DNA from: an uncultured virus (IMG/VR IMGVR_UViG_2811995091_000109)
Lineage: Duplodnaviria > Heunggongvirae > Uroviricota > Caudoviricetes
Strand: one strand, 5' to 3'
Length of the DNA stretch: 64,000 nucleotides
Virus record (IMG/VR): IMGVR_UViG_2811995091_000109
Coordinates: 1 to 64,000 of that record
This document shows positions 8,927 to 18,550 of this stretch, in pieces (position 1 is the first letter of the stretch; every line of letters starts with the position of its first letter). The notes beneath the pieces are model-generated. The model worked only from the letters and a program-made list of their open reading frames with translations, did no database searches and was not told where the DNA came from. The position numbers and the translations under genes were made by a program.

Positions 8927-11197
8927 TTACTCCGATAAAATTAATATACCCAAAATGTCTGAATTTATATACTCTTTAGCTCTAGATAGAGCCATCTTTA
9001 AGTCGTCAATTACATTTTCTGAGTTTTGAGTTTTTTGCGTACATTGATTTATAAAATCATCGGTATCCAATATGTTTATTAAATCAAAAACTTCTTTAAC
9101 TGCTTCGGAAGAAGCCTTTGAGGAGTCTGCTATAATGTTGATTATTTCAGATGTTGTAGAAATATCTTTTATATCATTTAATATTTTAATTCCATTTTTA
9201 ATATTTATCAACATTCTTTTTGTAATTCTAGAATTTCTTTTTACAGACTGATTGTATTTTCCTTTGCTATTTGAAATAACATCTTTATTTCCTTGAACCT
9301 TTTCATATGCAGCAAGATTTTTATTAAAGTTTTCAATCAAAGTATCACACATATCTTTTGATCTATCGAAGTATCTTAAGGCATGCTTTGCCTTGCTCTT
9401 TATATCATCTGGAACAGGAATGCCTGCGGACTTGACTAAGGAGTCGCTATATAGCTCAATATTGTTTTCAGAATATTTTTCTTTTAATGCTTTAAATATA
9501 TCTTTTGAACCGTAATCTTCTGGCACTCGAACAAGATCGCTTGATATGGATGTTTTTAATCCTTTTTTGATTTCAATCTCTTTTTCAAGAAAATTTTCTA
9601 AAATTATTCTATCATTATTTTTTCTTGATACAAAAACTATGCGCTTTTTTGAGTCCAATGCAGTTTCACATATCTTCTCCAAAGCTTTGTCCCTCTCTTT
9701 GTTATCAATATCTGAATACCTCATAGATTCATTTGGAATCACAGAATAAGTTGAATTAATTTTTTCATAAAATCCTTTAGAAACAATATCAGACAAGTCT
9801 ACTTCTATAAAACTATTCTTATCTGCAGAAAAAACTTCATTGTGTAATCCTATAAAAATTCTTTTATCATCATCAGGTGCCGCATGTTTGTATAGTTTTA
9901 TTTTAAAATTATTATTTAAAAATAAATTATCAATATCAAAAGCAACTATTTTATTTTCACTTTCATAATTTAATGAAGCATTTTTAATTATTTGTGTAAC
10001 AGAATGTTGATTTTCATTATTATTTATAACATAAATTTTATTATTTAATATATTATAAAATCCAGATTTTAATACACTAGATCTTTTAAATATATATTTA
10101 TCAACTCCTGAATTTTTAATTGTGTTTGCTATTTTCAATAAATCATCATCAAAGTCTGCCCCTTGTTCTATATAAATAGAGTTTGACTCTTTGATTCCTA
10201 ATACATCAGATAGTCCGCCTGATATTTCCAAAACATATTTAACACCATGGCACCCGAAAACCTCTAAGGATCCAGGCTGAATATTTTTAGAAATCTTTTT
10301 GATTTTAAAATTTTCATTTATAAATATAATATCAATAGGATAGCTGACGCTTCCCATGTGATAAAAAACATCAGTAGGCCTATTATATGGAAATAACAAA
10401 CCAGATTCTTTGTCAAGACGAGAATAAGTCTGAAGTCCATCTACCTTTTCTCTAAATGATTTTGCTATATCACATCTAAAAACAACAGAAGCATCAACAT
10501 TATCTTCTTTATTATAACATCTAACTATAGCCGTTTTGTTTGAATCATTTTTTGAAACTAAATATTTTCCAACTTTATTTATATGTTTGTCTATAATTTT
10601 AAACCCTATTTTTTCTATATTAGAAGAAAAATCAGATGAATTTTTTAAAATTATCAACCCATTGCTTATGGGTCTTAAATGATTATAAATGTTATTTAAA
10701 ATAATCTCCAAAGAATCTCCGGCCGTTTGTGAGCTTGCTATGCAAAATCCATCAAATTTTCTTCTAAATGTATGAAACATTGGATCTCCATACTCTTGAT
10801 GAAATTTGTGTATATTTACTTTATTTGAAGCATCTTTTGACAAATTAATTAAATTATGTCCTTCTTTTAATATTATTGATGCAGATTTATCTGTTTGCTT
10901 TCCAACGCTTAAGATCGTAGATTCTTTTTTTATTAAATTTAAAAATCTTTTAGACATACTTTCTAAAGCAAAATATTCTTCTGAATCTATCTGATCCTGA
11001 AAAAGATCATCTACTGGAAACATCATTCCTTCCGAATATCCAGGCGGATCCTCCATAGTAAGCTCTTCTAATTCTTCTGAATCAGACGTTGTGCTTTTTC
11101 CCTCTCCAACAAAAGTGTCATAGTGGTTGGAGTCCATAGCTATGTCGTCTTCCATTAGATTTAAATCTGAATATGGTGGCCAAGATAATTTTTTCAC
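8927..11197 (-). CDS. Multidomain protein: degenerate SAM-methyltransferase-like + DUF192 + HAD-like + coiled coil
   Basis: DUF192-type segment GLQ...GLLFPY...YHMGSVSYPIDIIFI...YVLEISGG is clear. HAD-like KIVAFDID / IVFVSR / YSDS and MTase-like ILSVG...KFD...HLRP..NGLII...GFKII are weaker. Confidence 0.6.
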   Translation of the reverse strand: MKKLSWPPYSDLNLMEDDIAMDSNHYDTFVGEGKSTTSDSEELEELTMEDPPGYSEGMMFPVDDLFQDQIDSEEYFALESMSKRFLNLIKKESTILSVGKQTDKSASIILKEGHNLINLSKDASNKVNIHKFHQEYGDPMFHTFRRKFDGFCIASSQTAGDSLEIILNNIYNHLRPISNGLIILKNSSDFSSNIEKIGFKIIDKHINKVGKYLVSKNDSNKTAIVRCYNKEDNVDASVVFRCDIAKSFREKVDGLQTYSRLDKESGLLFPYNRPTDVFYHMGSVSYPIDIIFINENFKIKKISKNIQPGSLEVFGCHGVKYVLEISGGLSDVLGIKESNSIYIEQGADFDDDLLKIANTIKNSGVDKYIFKRSSVLKSGFYNILNNKIYVINNNENQHSVTQIIKNASLNYESENKIVAFDIDNLFLNNNFKIKLYKHAAPDDDKRIFIGLHNEVFSADKNSFIEVDLSDIVSKGFYEKINSTYSVIPNESMRYSDIDNKERDKALEKICETALDSKKRIVFVSRKNNDRIILENFLEKEIEIKKGLKTSISSDLVRVPEDYGSKDIFKALKEKYSENNIELYSDSLVKSAGIPVPDDIKSKAKHALRYFDRSKDMCDTLIENFNKNLAAYEKVQGNKDVISNSKGKYNQSVKRNSRITKRMLINIKNGIKILNDIKDISTTSEIINIIADSSKASSEAVKEVFDLINILDTDDFINQCTQKTQNSENVIDDLKMALSRAKEYINSDILGILILSE

Positions 11198-11241
11198 TTT
11201 AACTCCAAATAATCATATCTTATATTAAAAATAGCAGAATA

Positions 11242-11541
11242 TCAAAGCCTTATCATAAGCTCGCTTAAAACTACATTTATAAAATGTGGATCCTTTCCAT
11301 TTAATATATTTTTAATCAAACTAAGACTAACGCCTATTGCCGCACCACCTGGGGCACGCTTATTTGCAATCTCCATTACATTAAAATCCCGTAGTTTGTT
11401 TGAGACATTTTGATAAGACCTAGGGCGAGCCTCCACAGACATTCTGGATATCATAATTTTTATTACATTATGTAACTGTTCAGCTACATATATGGCATTC
11501 TGCTCAAGCAGTTGTGCATTTTTATCTAGATTCTTTGACAT
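11242..11541 (-). CDS. Hypothetical protein (head block)
   Basis: 99-aa ORF overlapping the upstream gene, with RBS. Confidence 0.6.
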   Translation of the reverse strand: MSKNLDKNAQLLEQNAIYVAEQLHNVIKIMISRMSVEARPRSYQNVSNKLRDFNVMEIANKRAPGGAAIGVSLSLIKNILNGKDPHFINVVLSELMIRL

Positions 11542-12085
11542 GTTCCTCTGCTTTCAAGGCGCTACCCTGATAAGCCTCTCTTTTGGAATCGGCTAAACTA
11601 TTTCCAAGATTAACATACATTTTTAATAATTCATTAAATTGTTTAGTTAATTTAATCAAAACCTCTTCTTGGTTTGTAATATCTGATTCCACAATCTTTA
11701 CAAGCAGGTCTCTAAATAATAAGGAATAATCTAATGATTTTTGGACTGCTATTTTTTTTATCAAAAAGTCTGCAAAATTTGCCAAAGCCATATCTTCTTG
11801 CTTGTCCATATCATCGGCCAAGTCAACAAGCAGACCTGTAAGTTCCTCATAGTCCATTTTTTCGGTATTCTTTGCTTTTGGCCTTTCTGGCAATACAGGT
11901 TCATCTTCTTTTTCGCTGTGTGTAGGAGGCCACACCGGATCTGCAGGAGAGGTAAACCCTCTGCCTACTCCAGCGCTGGTGTCTCCGGAAAGCCCTTCTT
12001 CGCCAACATGAGTGCTCGGCATATCTTTGGGATCAATCTTTGGCATCACTTCTGGTGCTTTATTTGTATAAGATATCTTCTTCAC
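11522..12085 (-). CDS. Hypothetical head-associated protein with LA..D...LA...D helical module
   Basis: 187 aa; LVDLADDMDKQEDMALANFADFLIKKIA. Confidence 0.6.
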   Translation of the reverse strand: MKKISYTNKAPEVMPKIDPKDMPSTHVGEEGLSGDTSAGVGRGFTSPADPVWPPTHSEKEDEPVLPERPKAKNTEKMDYEELTGLLVDLADDMDKQEDMALANFADFLIKKIAVQKSLDYSLLFRDLLVKIVESDITNQEEVLIKLTKQFNELLKMYVNLGNSLADSKREAYQGSALKAEEHVKESR

Positions 12086-12095
12086 TTTTTACTCT

Positions 12096-12347
12096 TTATT
12101 TTCTTTTTACTTTTCCAAAACTAGGAGACATAACCATATCAGATAATGATTTGCCCTTTCTTTTTTTTGGCTTAAATTTGTTTCCCTTTGAATCTTTTAT
12201 CTTTCCGCCACCGATAACCAAATCTGCCGGAGTAAACGAAACCTTTTCCTTAGTATGAGGAGAAATAGTTTCATACTTAGGAGTTGTCTCTGTTCCTCCG
12301 AAAATTCTTTTTAAGTCATCCAATAACTCTTTAGATATATCTTCCAT
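12096..12347 (-). CDS. Hypothetical basic protein
   Basis: 83 aa, Lys-rich C-terminus, directly after the portal gene. Confidence 0.55.
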   Translation of the reverse strand: MEDISKELLDDLKRIFGGTETTPKYETISPHTKEKVSFTPADLVIGGGKIKDSKGNKFKPKKRKGKSLSDMVMSPSFGKVKRK

Positions 12348-12353
12348 TTAATA

Positions 12354-14078
12354 TTAGCCACCCTCAGGCGGTCCTCCCGGCGGTGGCCCCGGTGGTGGCG
12401 GTCCTCCCGGCGGCGGTGCGCCAAGGCCTTCCATTCCGCCTCCTCCTAGAGGTGGAACCCCAGGGAGTCCTTCGGCTCCCGGAACCCCTCCAAGGCCCTC
12501 TGGTGGCTCAGAAATAGCCTTGCCTGGATCAAGTCCTAATAGCTCAGATAGCTTCATAGCTCCCAAGGCTTGTTGCTCTTTGGCAAAGATCTGTTCATCA
12601 ATCATTTCTTCTCTAATTCTACGACGCTCATCTTCATATCCAAGACCAAGACTGCGATGCAATGTTTGTAGAGAAATTTGCTTATTTCCAACAAATTGAG
12701 ATACTGACGTAATGAAGTCTGCCATATCATATAGATTCATATGATTAAAATCAATTGATGGAACCAGCAATCTTTTCTCTCCATCTTTGTATTCAAAAAA
12801 ATCTTGAATTTCGCATATTGGGGCAAAGATTTTTCTTTCGAGCCATTTTTTCATCATGTTTCTAAAAATATCATATCTTTGCCTAAGCACTTCCAGGCCA
12901 ACGGACGAACTTGCGTAGGTTGCCGACTCTTGATCCATCAATGCCTTTGGAGTCATAAGGCCTGCATATAAATTATTTGTTATGAGATCGATATCTGTAC
13001 CTATCTCTAAAACGCCTCCAGAAAAACCATTTCTCTCAATCTTGACTCCATTGTGAGTTACGATCTTAAAGTCTTTATCATATTGCGCTTCTTCTAGAAG
13101 ATCTTTAAAGGCTTCTATATCTGCTTGAGTAGGCCTATAATCGCCTTCTCCTCCCAAGGTAACCAAGGTGAGTGGATTTACCATGCCATCTGCTTGAGCA
13201 AACTTACTCTCTCTAAGCTTGTCGTAAAGCATTAAATCTTTATAAATAGAAACAATAACAGAGGTTCCTCTTACATCATAAGGTGAGCTTAAAAGCTTTA
13301 AATGAGCTATATTGAAAGCATCCAAAGGAATATTTTGACCTTTTCTAACATATTCTGTGATATGTTTTGGAATATATTTCCTTAAAGATAAGTCAGCAGG
13401 AGATGTTGAGTTGATGATTCTTTGAAGATTCGCATCTGGTCTAAGAGAAATTAATGTATGATTTCCTATAACAGACTTTTTAACATGTACATAATCTGGA
13501 TTTAATATTGTTATCCTATTCCAAGTTCCCAGGCTTTCATCTAACTCTGCATAGGGAAATGCTTCTCCCATCTTCCAGAATTCTAACGCAGCGCCATAAA
13601 CGACAGAATACAAATCAATCTTCTCTGCCATCTCCATAAAAAATTGTTGTACTTTTTTGTTTTTACAAGTTATGTTAATTTTGCTAATAGGATATGAAGC
13701 ATGAAGATTGATAGCATTTCTTACTATAGGGTGTGTATCGTAAAAGACGCGATTCCACGCGTTCATGGTTACGCGATCTCTGGGTAAGTTTAAGTTAGCT
13801 AGTTGGAATAGAGGAGAATAAATCTCGGGAGACATTCTGTCTGTTGAAGAAGAAGTGGTAGGGCTCGACATAGGCGAAGCTATAGACGCGTTCTTTATTA
13901 ATGTTAAACTATCTCTTCTGAAATTAGGGCTATGAGCAATTGAGCCGTAAATTCCAACTTCATTATCTTTATCCATCTGCTTGTTTGCAGCATCTGTTAT
14001 TTGGGCTCTTCTCACTTCTGAAATAGAGTTTGCTGCCTTTTTTGAAATTTTATTTTTCGGCCTATCAGTTCTTCTCAT
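12354..14078 (-). CDS. Portal protein
   Basis: 574 aa immediately downstream of TerL; HPIVRNAINLHA, GEAFPY, ILNPDYV and HLK...YDVRGTSVI patterns typical of phage portals; Pro/Gly-rich tail. Confidence 0.85.
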   Translation of the reverse strand: MRRTDRPKNKISKKAANSISEVRRAQITDAANKQMDKDNEVGIYGSIAHSPNFRRDSLTLIKNASIASPMSSPTTSSSTDRMSPEIYSPLFQLANLNLPRDRVTMNAWNRVFYDTHPIVRNAINLHASYPISKINITCKNKKVQQFFMEMAEKIDLYSVVYGAALEFWKMGEAFPYAELDESLGTWNRITILNPDYVHVKKSVIGNHTLISLRPDANLQRIINSTSPADLSLRKYIPKHITEYVRKGQNIPLDAFNIAHLKLLSSPYDVRGTSVIVSIYKDLMLYDKLRESKFAQADGMVNPLTLVTLGGEGDYRPTQADIEAFKDLLEEAQYDKDFKIVTHNGVKIERNGFSGGVLEIGTDIDLITNNLYAGLMTPKALMDQESATYASSSVGLEVLRQRYDIFRNMMKKWLERKIFAPICEIQDFFEYKDGEKRLLVPSIDFNHMNLYDMADFITSVSQFVGNKQISLQTLHRSLGLGYEDERRRIREEMIDEQIFAKEQQALGAMKLSELLGLDPGKAISEPPEGLGGVPGAEGLPGVPPLGGGGMEGLGAPPPGGPPPPGPPPGGPPEGG

Positions 14079-14080
14079 TT

Positions 14081-15853
14081 TTATACTCTCCTTTTAACAT
14101 TTGCCAATGTAGATCTTAAATAATTCGACTGTCTCTCTAAACCAGGTTTAATAGTAAAACCTTTTGTTATATCAAATTTATATGCAATATATGCATACAT
14201 AAGCGCCATAAGCCCATCATTTGGTGTCGATCCTTTTACAAATGTCTTTATAGGCTGTCCTCCTGAAATTCTAACTTTAGATTCCATAGATGTGCAATGA
14301 TCTATTAACCACTCTACGTGTTCATAACTTTTCCATGGAAATCTTATCTTTCCTTTTCTAAACAAGTCAAATAACTCATCAATTAAAAGATCTTTATTAT
14401 AAGAAATGATAAATTCATCTTCTCTATATTTTATAGGCTTTATCAGGCTGCCACTTCCTTGAGCGCCTAAGAATCTTTCTCTATAAATACTTTGTAAATC
14501 ATGTACAACATCTTGACCAAAAAACCAATCTGATACACCTCTATGCACGCCAAACCTTCTATACATTTCTTTTATAGTTTCTTTTTTAAAATTAAAATTA
14601 TTTTTTCGTAATTTATGCGCATGTTCAATCAAGAGCGTTCCATCTGGAGTTGCAGATAAAACAACTACGCAAGAATAAGATTGTCCTCCACGAGAATTCG
14701 GATCATCGTCTTTGCCTCCCCAATCTACTCCTAAATAAACAGTCTTATCCTTAGGCTTGATTTTCTTTGAAAAGCTTCTATCTGGATCTCTGCATAAATT
14801 ATATATCTCAGCCTTTGTCAAAGGAGATCCTGCCCCAGAATAAAACTCTCCAACTACTTCGTTTTGCCAAATTCTTTCTGTTTGAGCCGGATTATTTTCT
14901 GGCATTAATTTTTCAATATTCTCTTTTGTAAAATAAGGGATATATAATTGATTTACATGAAAGCCGACAAATTCGCTTTCCTCCAGGCCTCTTGCGCCTA
15001 CCCATTTGCCTCTTTCTGTTGCCTCAACTTTTTTTTGCTTTGTGCCGCACAGGGGACATTGTATTGTGTTTTCGTATAGCCATATAGATTTCCACCGATC
15101 ATCATTGGGAAGGTAAAATGGATATGTTTCATTACAATTAATGCAACCTAAATGATAATATCTTTGATCTGACATATCCCAAATGGTCGAAAAATAACTA
15201 CCCTTTTGTTTCGGGGTTCCAAAATAAACCTGTACTCCTTGACCTACAGGGCCATATTTTGCAGCTGTTAAAATTTTTGTTGCATTTCCAATAGCGTGAC
15301 CAAACATATCTTGCACTTCATCGAAAAATACAATATCAGCCGTCATACCACGGATTCTATCGCCATCTGAGCCAAGGCTGTCGATCCAAAGGGTGCCAGC
15401 ATTAAACTGCTTCATAGTCAAATTATCTACAGAGTTTGAGCTAATAAGTTTATTGCTATTGATAAAATCATTTTTTGCTGTCCTAATAAGGGTTTCGAGT
15501 TTATCTTGCGAAAACTTCTTAACCTGTCCTAAGGCTGGGAACAAATGAACAACTCTAATGTTTGGACTATTAAATAATCCACTATTTGTAAAAAATAAAT
15601 CAAGAGCGCCAGCCATTACCGTGGCTCCAACCTGACGACCCTTTTTTATAACTACTGGCTTGCCATCTTTTCTGGTTGCCTGCAACGCAATATATCTATA
15701 TATATCAGCCATAAACCTCCAGCCATTGTCCAAAACCTTAAACTCTGCTCCGTCTAGAGTTAGATTGTTTTGTACGAAATGGGCTGGGTCAAAATCTAAA
15801 AAACTTGTTTTAAGTTGTTTAAAAAGATTTTCTTGACTTTGTTTCTTTGGCAT
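14081..15853 (-). CDS. terL: Terminase large subunit
   Basis: Walker A-like KKGRQVGAT, Walker B VFFDEVQD, FGTP coupling motif, CxxC...CxxC, nuclease LGVDWG and C-terminal NDGLMA. Confidence 0.92.
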   Translation of the reverse strand: MPKKQSQENLFKQLKTSFLDFDPAHFVQNNLTLDGAEFKVLDNGWRFMADIYRYIALQATRKDGKPVVIKKGRQVGATVMAGALDLFFTNSGLFNSPNIRVVHLFPALGQVKKFSQDKLETLIRTAKNDFINSNKLISSNSVDNLTMKQFNAGTLWIDSLGSDGDRIRGMTADIVFFDEVQDMFGHAIGNATKILTAAKYGPVGQGVQVYFGTPKQKGSYFSTIWDMSDQRYYHLGCINCNETYPFYLPNDDRWKSIWLYENTIQCPLCGTKQKKVEATERGKWVGARGLEESEFVGFHVNQLYIPYFTKENIEKLMPENNPAQTERIWQNEVVGEFYSGAGSPLTKAEIYNLCRDPDRSFSKKIKPKDKTVYLGVDWGGKDDDPNSRGGQSYSCVVVLSATPDGTLLIEHAHKLRKNNFNFKKETIKEMYRRFGVHRGVSDWFFGQDVVHDLQSIYRERFLGAQGSGSLIKPIKYREDEFIISYNKDLLIDELFDLFRKGKIRFPWKSYEHVEWLIDHCTSMESKVRISGGQPIKTFVKGSTPNDGLMALMYAYIAYKFDITKGFTIKPGLERQSNYLRSTLANVKRRV

Positions 15854-15855
15854 TG

Positions 15856-16461
15856 TTATCCGGATGCGTGAGACATATAATCTGCTATATCATCGTCATA
15901 TGATGATGGCATATCTGCTTCAGACATATATTCTACTTTTTCCGGACTACTTTTGTGCTGTTTAAGTATCTTTTCAACTAATTTTCTAAATTTACTATGA
16001 TCTATTTTGCTTTCGACTTTATCAAATCCAAGCTTTGGATGCTCTCTGCAGTGCGTCATAACAGCTCCATAGCCTAAGTCTGCGCGATCTGATGCGAATG
16101 CTTGAATATATTCCAGAATGGTTCTAAGAACTTCTAATACTTCTCCACCATCCTCTTTCTTTGATTCGCATGTACCACACTTGCCTTTGCCAGCCTTTTC
16201 GTCGCAACATGTATCGCCACAACCAGCAGATTTTATGTTTTGATTATCTTTTGTATTTATATTCTTAATAAGATCAAAGCCAGCTCTTTCTTTTAGATCT
16301 GCCATTTTTTCTTCAATTGTAGAAAAGTCATTACGCTTTTTCATGACAGAACGAAGATTGCTGAGATAATCAGCATTCTTTTCTAAATTATTAGCAAAGT
16401 CATTAATCCAATCAACTGTTGTATTATATTCTTCGCTTAAAATTTGTCTTGTTACTTTCAT
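15856..16461 (-). CDS. Hypothetical protein with Cys cluster
   Basis: 201 aa; TIEEKMADLKERAG and C...CC...CxxC. Confidence 0.6.
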   Translation of the reverse strand: MKVTRQILSEEYNTTVDWINDFANNLEKNADYLSNLRSVMKKRNDFSTIEEKMADLKERAGFDLIKNINTKDNQNIKSAGCGDTCCDEKAGKGKCGTCESKKEDGGEVLEVLRTILEYIQAFASDRADLGYGAVMTHCREHPKLGFDKVESKIDHSKFRKLVEKILKQHKSSPEKVEYMSEADMPSSYDDDIADYMSHASG

Positions 16462-16470
16462 TGTTTATTA

Positions 16471-17001
16471 TTATTCTTCATCTTCTTGGTCGAATAGATT
16501 TAAATCTCCCAGAATATCTTTGCCTGTCTCGAAGACTTCTTTCACCTTCTCTTCCAAGTTGGGAAGCCTTGGCCCAGTGCCAACGTCAAGCTTTCCTTCT
16601 ATTGATTCGACCAATACCTCAACAGATTTCTTAACCCCGGCTAACACCTCGTCGGACAATCCGGTTTTATCGGCGCATATCATAAATTCTTTAAGTAAAT
16701 TCGTTGGAATCTCGTCTATAACCATGGGATTGGGGAATGCACATCTCAAAAGGTCGTTTATCATAAGATCGTCTACTCCTGCGGTGGATAAAATCCCTTT
16801 TAAGGCCGCCAACACATCGTCCCAGGACAAATCATTTACATTTGGCATATCTCCCGGCAGAATCGAACTGCCGCCATCTTGTGCTAACTTGTTTAATATT
16901 CTGTCAACAAAGTCGGCCTCTTTTGTTTTCTTTATTCCGTCCAAATGATTTGCCAATTTGACAAGATCTTTTTTAATATCTTCTAATCTAATATTATCCA
17001 T
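16471..17001 (-). CDS. Hypothetical protein with N-terminal LANHLD...EAD..D module
   Basis: 176 aa; LVKLANHLDGIKKTKEADFVDRILNKLAQ; RBS AGGAG. Confidence 0.65.
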   Translation of the reverse strand: MDNIRLEDIKKDLVKLANHLDGIKKTKEADFVDRILNKLAQDGGSSILPGDMPNVNDLSWDDVLAALKGILSTAGVDDLMINDLLRCAFPNPMVIDEIPTNLLKEFMICADKTGLSDEVLAGVKKSVEVLVESIEGKLDVGTGPRLPNLEEKVKEVFETGKDILGDLNLFDQEDEE

Positions 17002-17019
17002 TTTAAAATAACTCCTAAT

Positions 17020-18066
17020 TTATGCAAAATAATTTCTTAAAAAGTCAACGCCAGCCTTACCGTCAGACTTTTCTGAGTCAGCATTATTTGGCGAATATGT
17101 TCCACGATCCTTGAAGATATGAAATCCACTATCCATACAAAGCTGCATTATTGCAAGCTCTTCTCTGTCATCAATAGAATATTTATTGGATAGGAAATCA
17201 TAAACATCTTCTATAGAATGACCGCCTGAAATATGAGCATTTATCATTATTCCAGAAATTGCACGCTCGAAAGGAGAGACGGCTATAACTATATTATTGG
17301 GAGTAGAAGCTTCTTTCGTAAGCTCATCATAGTCTACCTCTCTGCCGGCTATGCTTGTCCATTTAGGAATGCCAAGAGAATCTAAAGATGCCTCCTTTGA
17401 ATGCTCTTCTTTGAATTTCTTCTTAAGCTTACCAAGATGGTCTTTTAAAACCAAGATATCTTTCATTATATTTACTCGAACATCTTCAAGCGCCTGTATA
17501 TCTAAAAGGTTATCACTATCTTCTCGGATAGCTCCTGAGATCTGTGTATTTAGTTTGTCAAGAAATGTTATAGCTTTTTCGCAACCAAGCATACTTCTTC
17601 CGTCATGCTGAGGAATATTGGCAGGGTATTGTCCTCCTACATACTCTACAAACTTACTTAAATCTCCATCATTTGCATAATCTGTCTCTTTGTCATTCGC
17701 GTCATCATCTAACTCTTCTGAGCTAATATCAGAACCAGGCAAAAGAACTGATGCAGGCTCGTCTCCATGTTCTTTTACAAGCTTGGTCAATTGTTTGTCC
17801 AAACCCTCTAGGTCTTCTCCCATATCTCCGAAGCTTCCCTCTCCCTCTGTAAAGGTGCTTAAAACGTCTTCTACAGTTGCTTCGCCGTCTTCCATCATGC
17901 CGTCCTCATCTTGGCCGACTGTTAGGCCAGCTCCAAAGATTTCTTCTGGCAACATGCCCTCAAAGCCATCTTCCGTATAGTTAACATGATCATCTTCTAA
18001 ATAAGAAACTGCTTCACTATAATTAGATTCTTTAAAAATTGTTGTTGTTTGTGAATTATTAGCCAT
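17020..18066 (-). CDS. Hypothetical acidic head-block protein
   Basis: 348-aa ORF with RBS AGGAG. Confidence 0.65.
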   Translation of the reverse strand: MANNSQTTTIFKESNYSEAVSYLEDDHVNYTEDGFEGMLPEEIFGAGLTVGQDEDGMMEDGEATVEDVLSTFTEGEGSFGDMGEDLEGLDKQLTKLVKEHGDEPASVLLPGSDISSEELDDDANDKETDYANDGDLSKFVEYVGGQYPANIPQHDGRSMLGCEKAITFLDKLNTQISGAIREDSDNLLDIQALEDVRVNIMKDILVLKDHLGKLKKKFKEEHSKEASLDSLGIPKWTSIAGREVDYDELTKEASTPNNIVIAVSPFERAISGIMINAHISGGHSIEDVYDFLSNKYSIDDREELAIMQLCMDSGFHIFKDRGTYSPNNADSEKSDGKAGVDFLRNYFA

Positions 18067-18074
18067 TTTGTCTC

Positions 18075-18509
18075 CTATCCTATTAAGCTATAAAGTCCAT
18101 AATATACGTTTCTACTTTCATTATTATCAGAATAATAATCTAACGGATAACCATATTGGGCTTCTGGCATGTTGCCAATCATAATATGAGGATATAATGG
18201 GCTTCCATTAAGTCCTACATTACCCGCAGGAATAGTAGATTGTCTTGGGTCGTGCTTGCAATCTACCGAGTCTTGTTCTTCGAAAATCATATCTGCAAAT
18301 GGACACTTTGAATGTTCGCTTATCATAAGCATCATTTCTAAATTATTATCCGCAATTTCCTTTGCCTCTTCTTTGTCTTCGGCTAACTCTAAAGGCGTCA
18401 TTTCAAAAATAACCGGGCGCTTGGAGCCCTCTTCGACTCCTCCTGCAATTTTGCAGCCGTCTGTCACCGGAAGTCCAAATGGACATTTGTTTAATTTACC
18501 TCTGATCAT
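18075..18509 (-). CDS. Cys-containing hypothetical protein
   Basis: 144 aa; two KCPF motifs, each followed by a further Cys. Confidence 0.6.
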   Translation of the reverse strand: MIRGKLNKCPFGLPVTDGCKIAGGVEEGSKRPVIFEMTPLELAEDKEEAKEIADNNLEMMLMISEHSKCPFADMIFEEQDSVDCKHDPRQSTIPAGNVGLNGSPLYPHIMIGNMPEAQYGYPLDYYSDNNESRNVYYGLYSLIG

Positions 18510-18550
18510 TATTGGTATATCCTATATAAATGAAAGAAATATTAGTAAGT

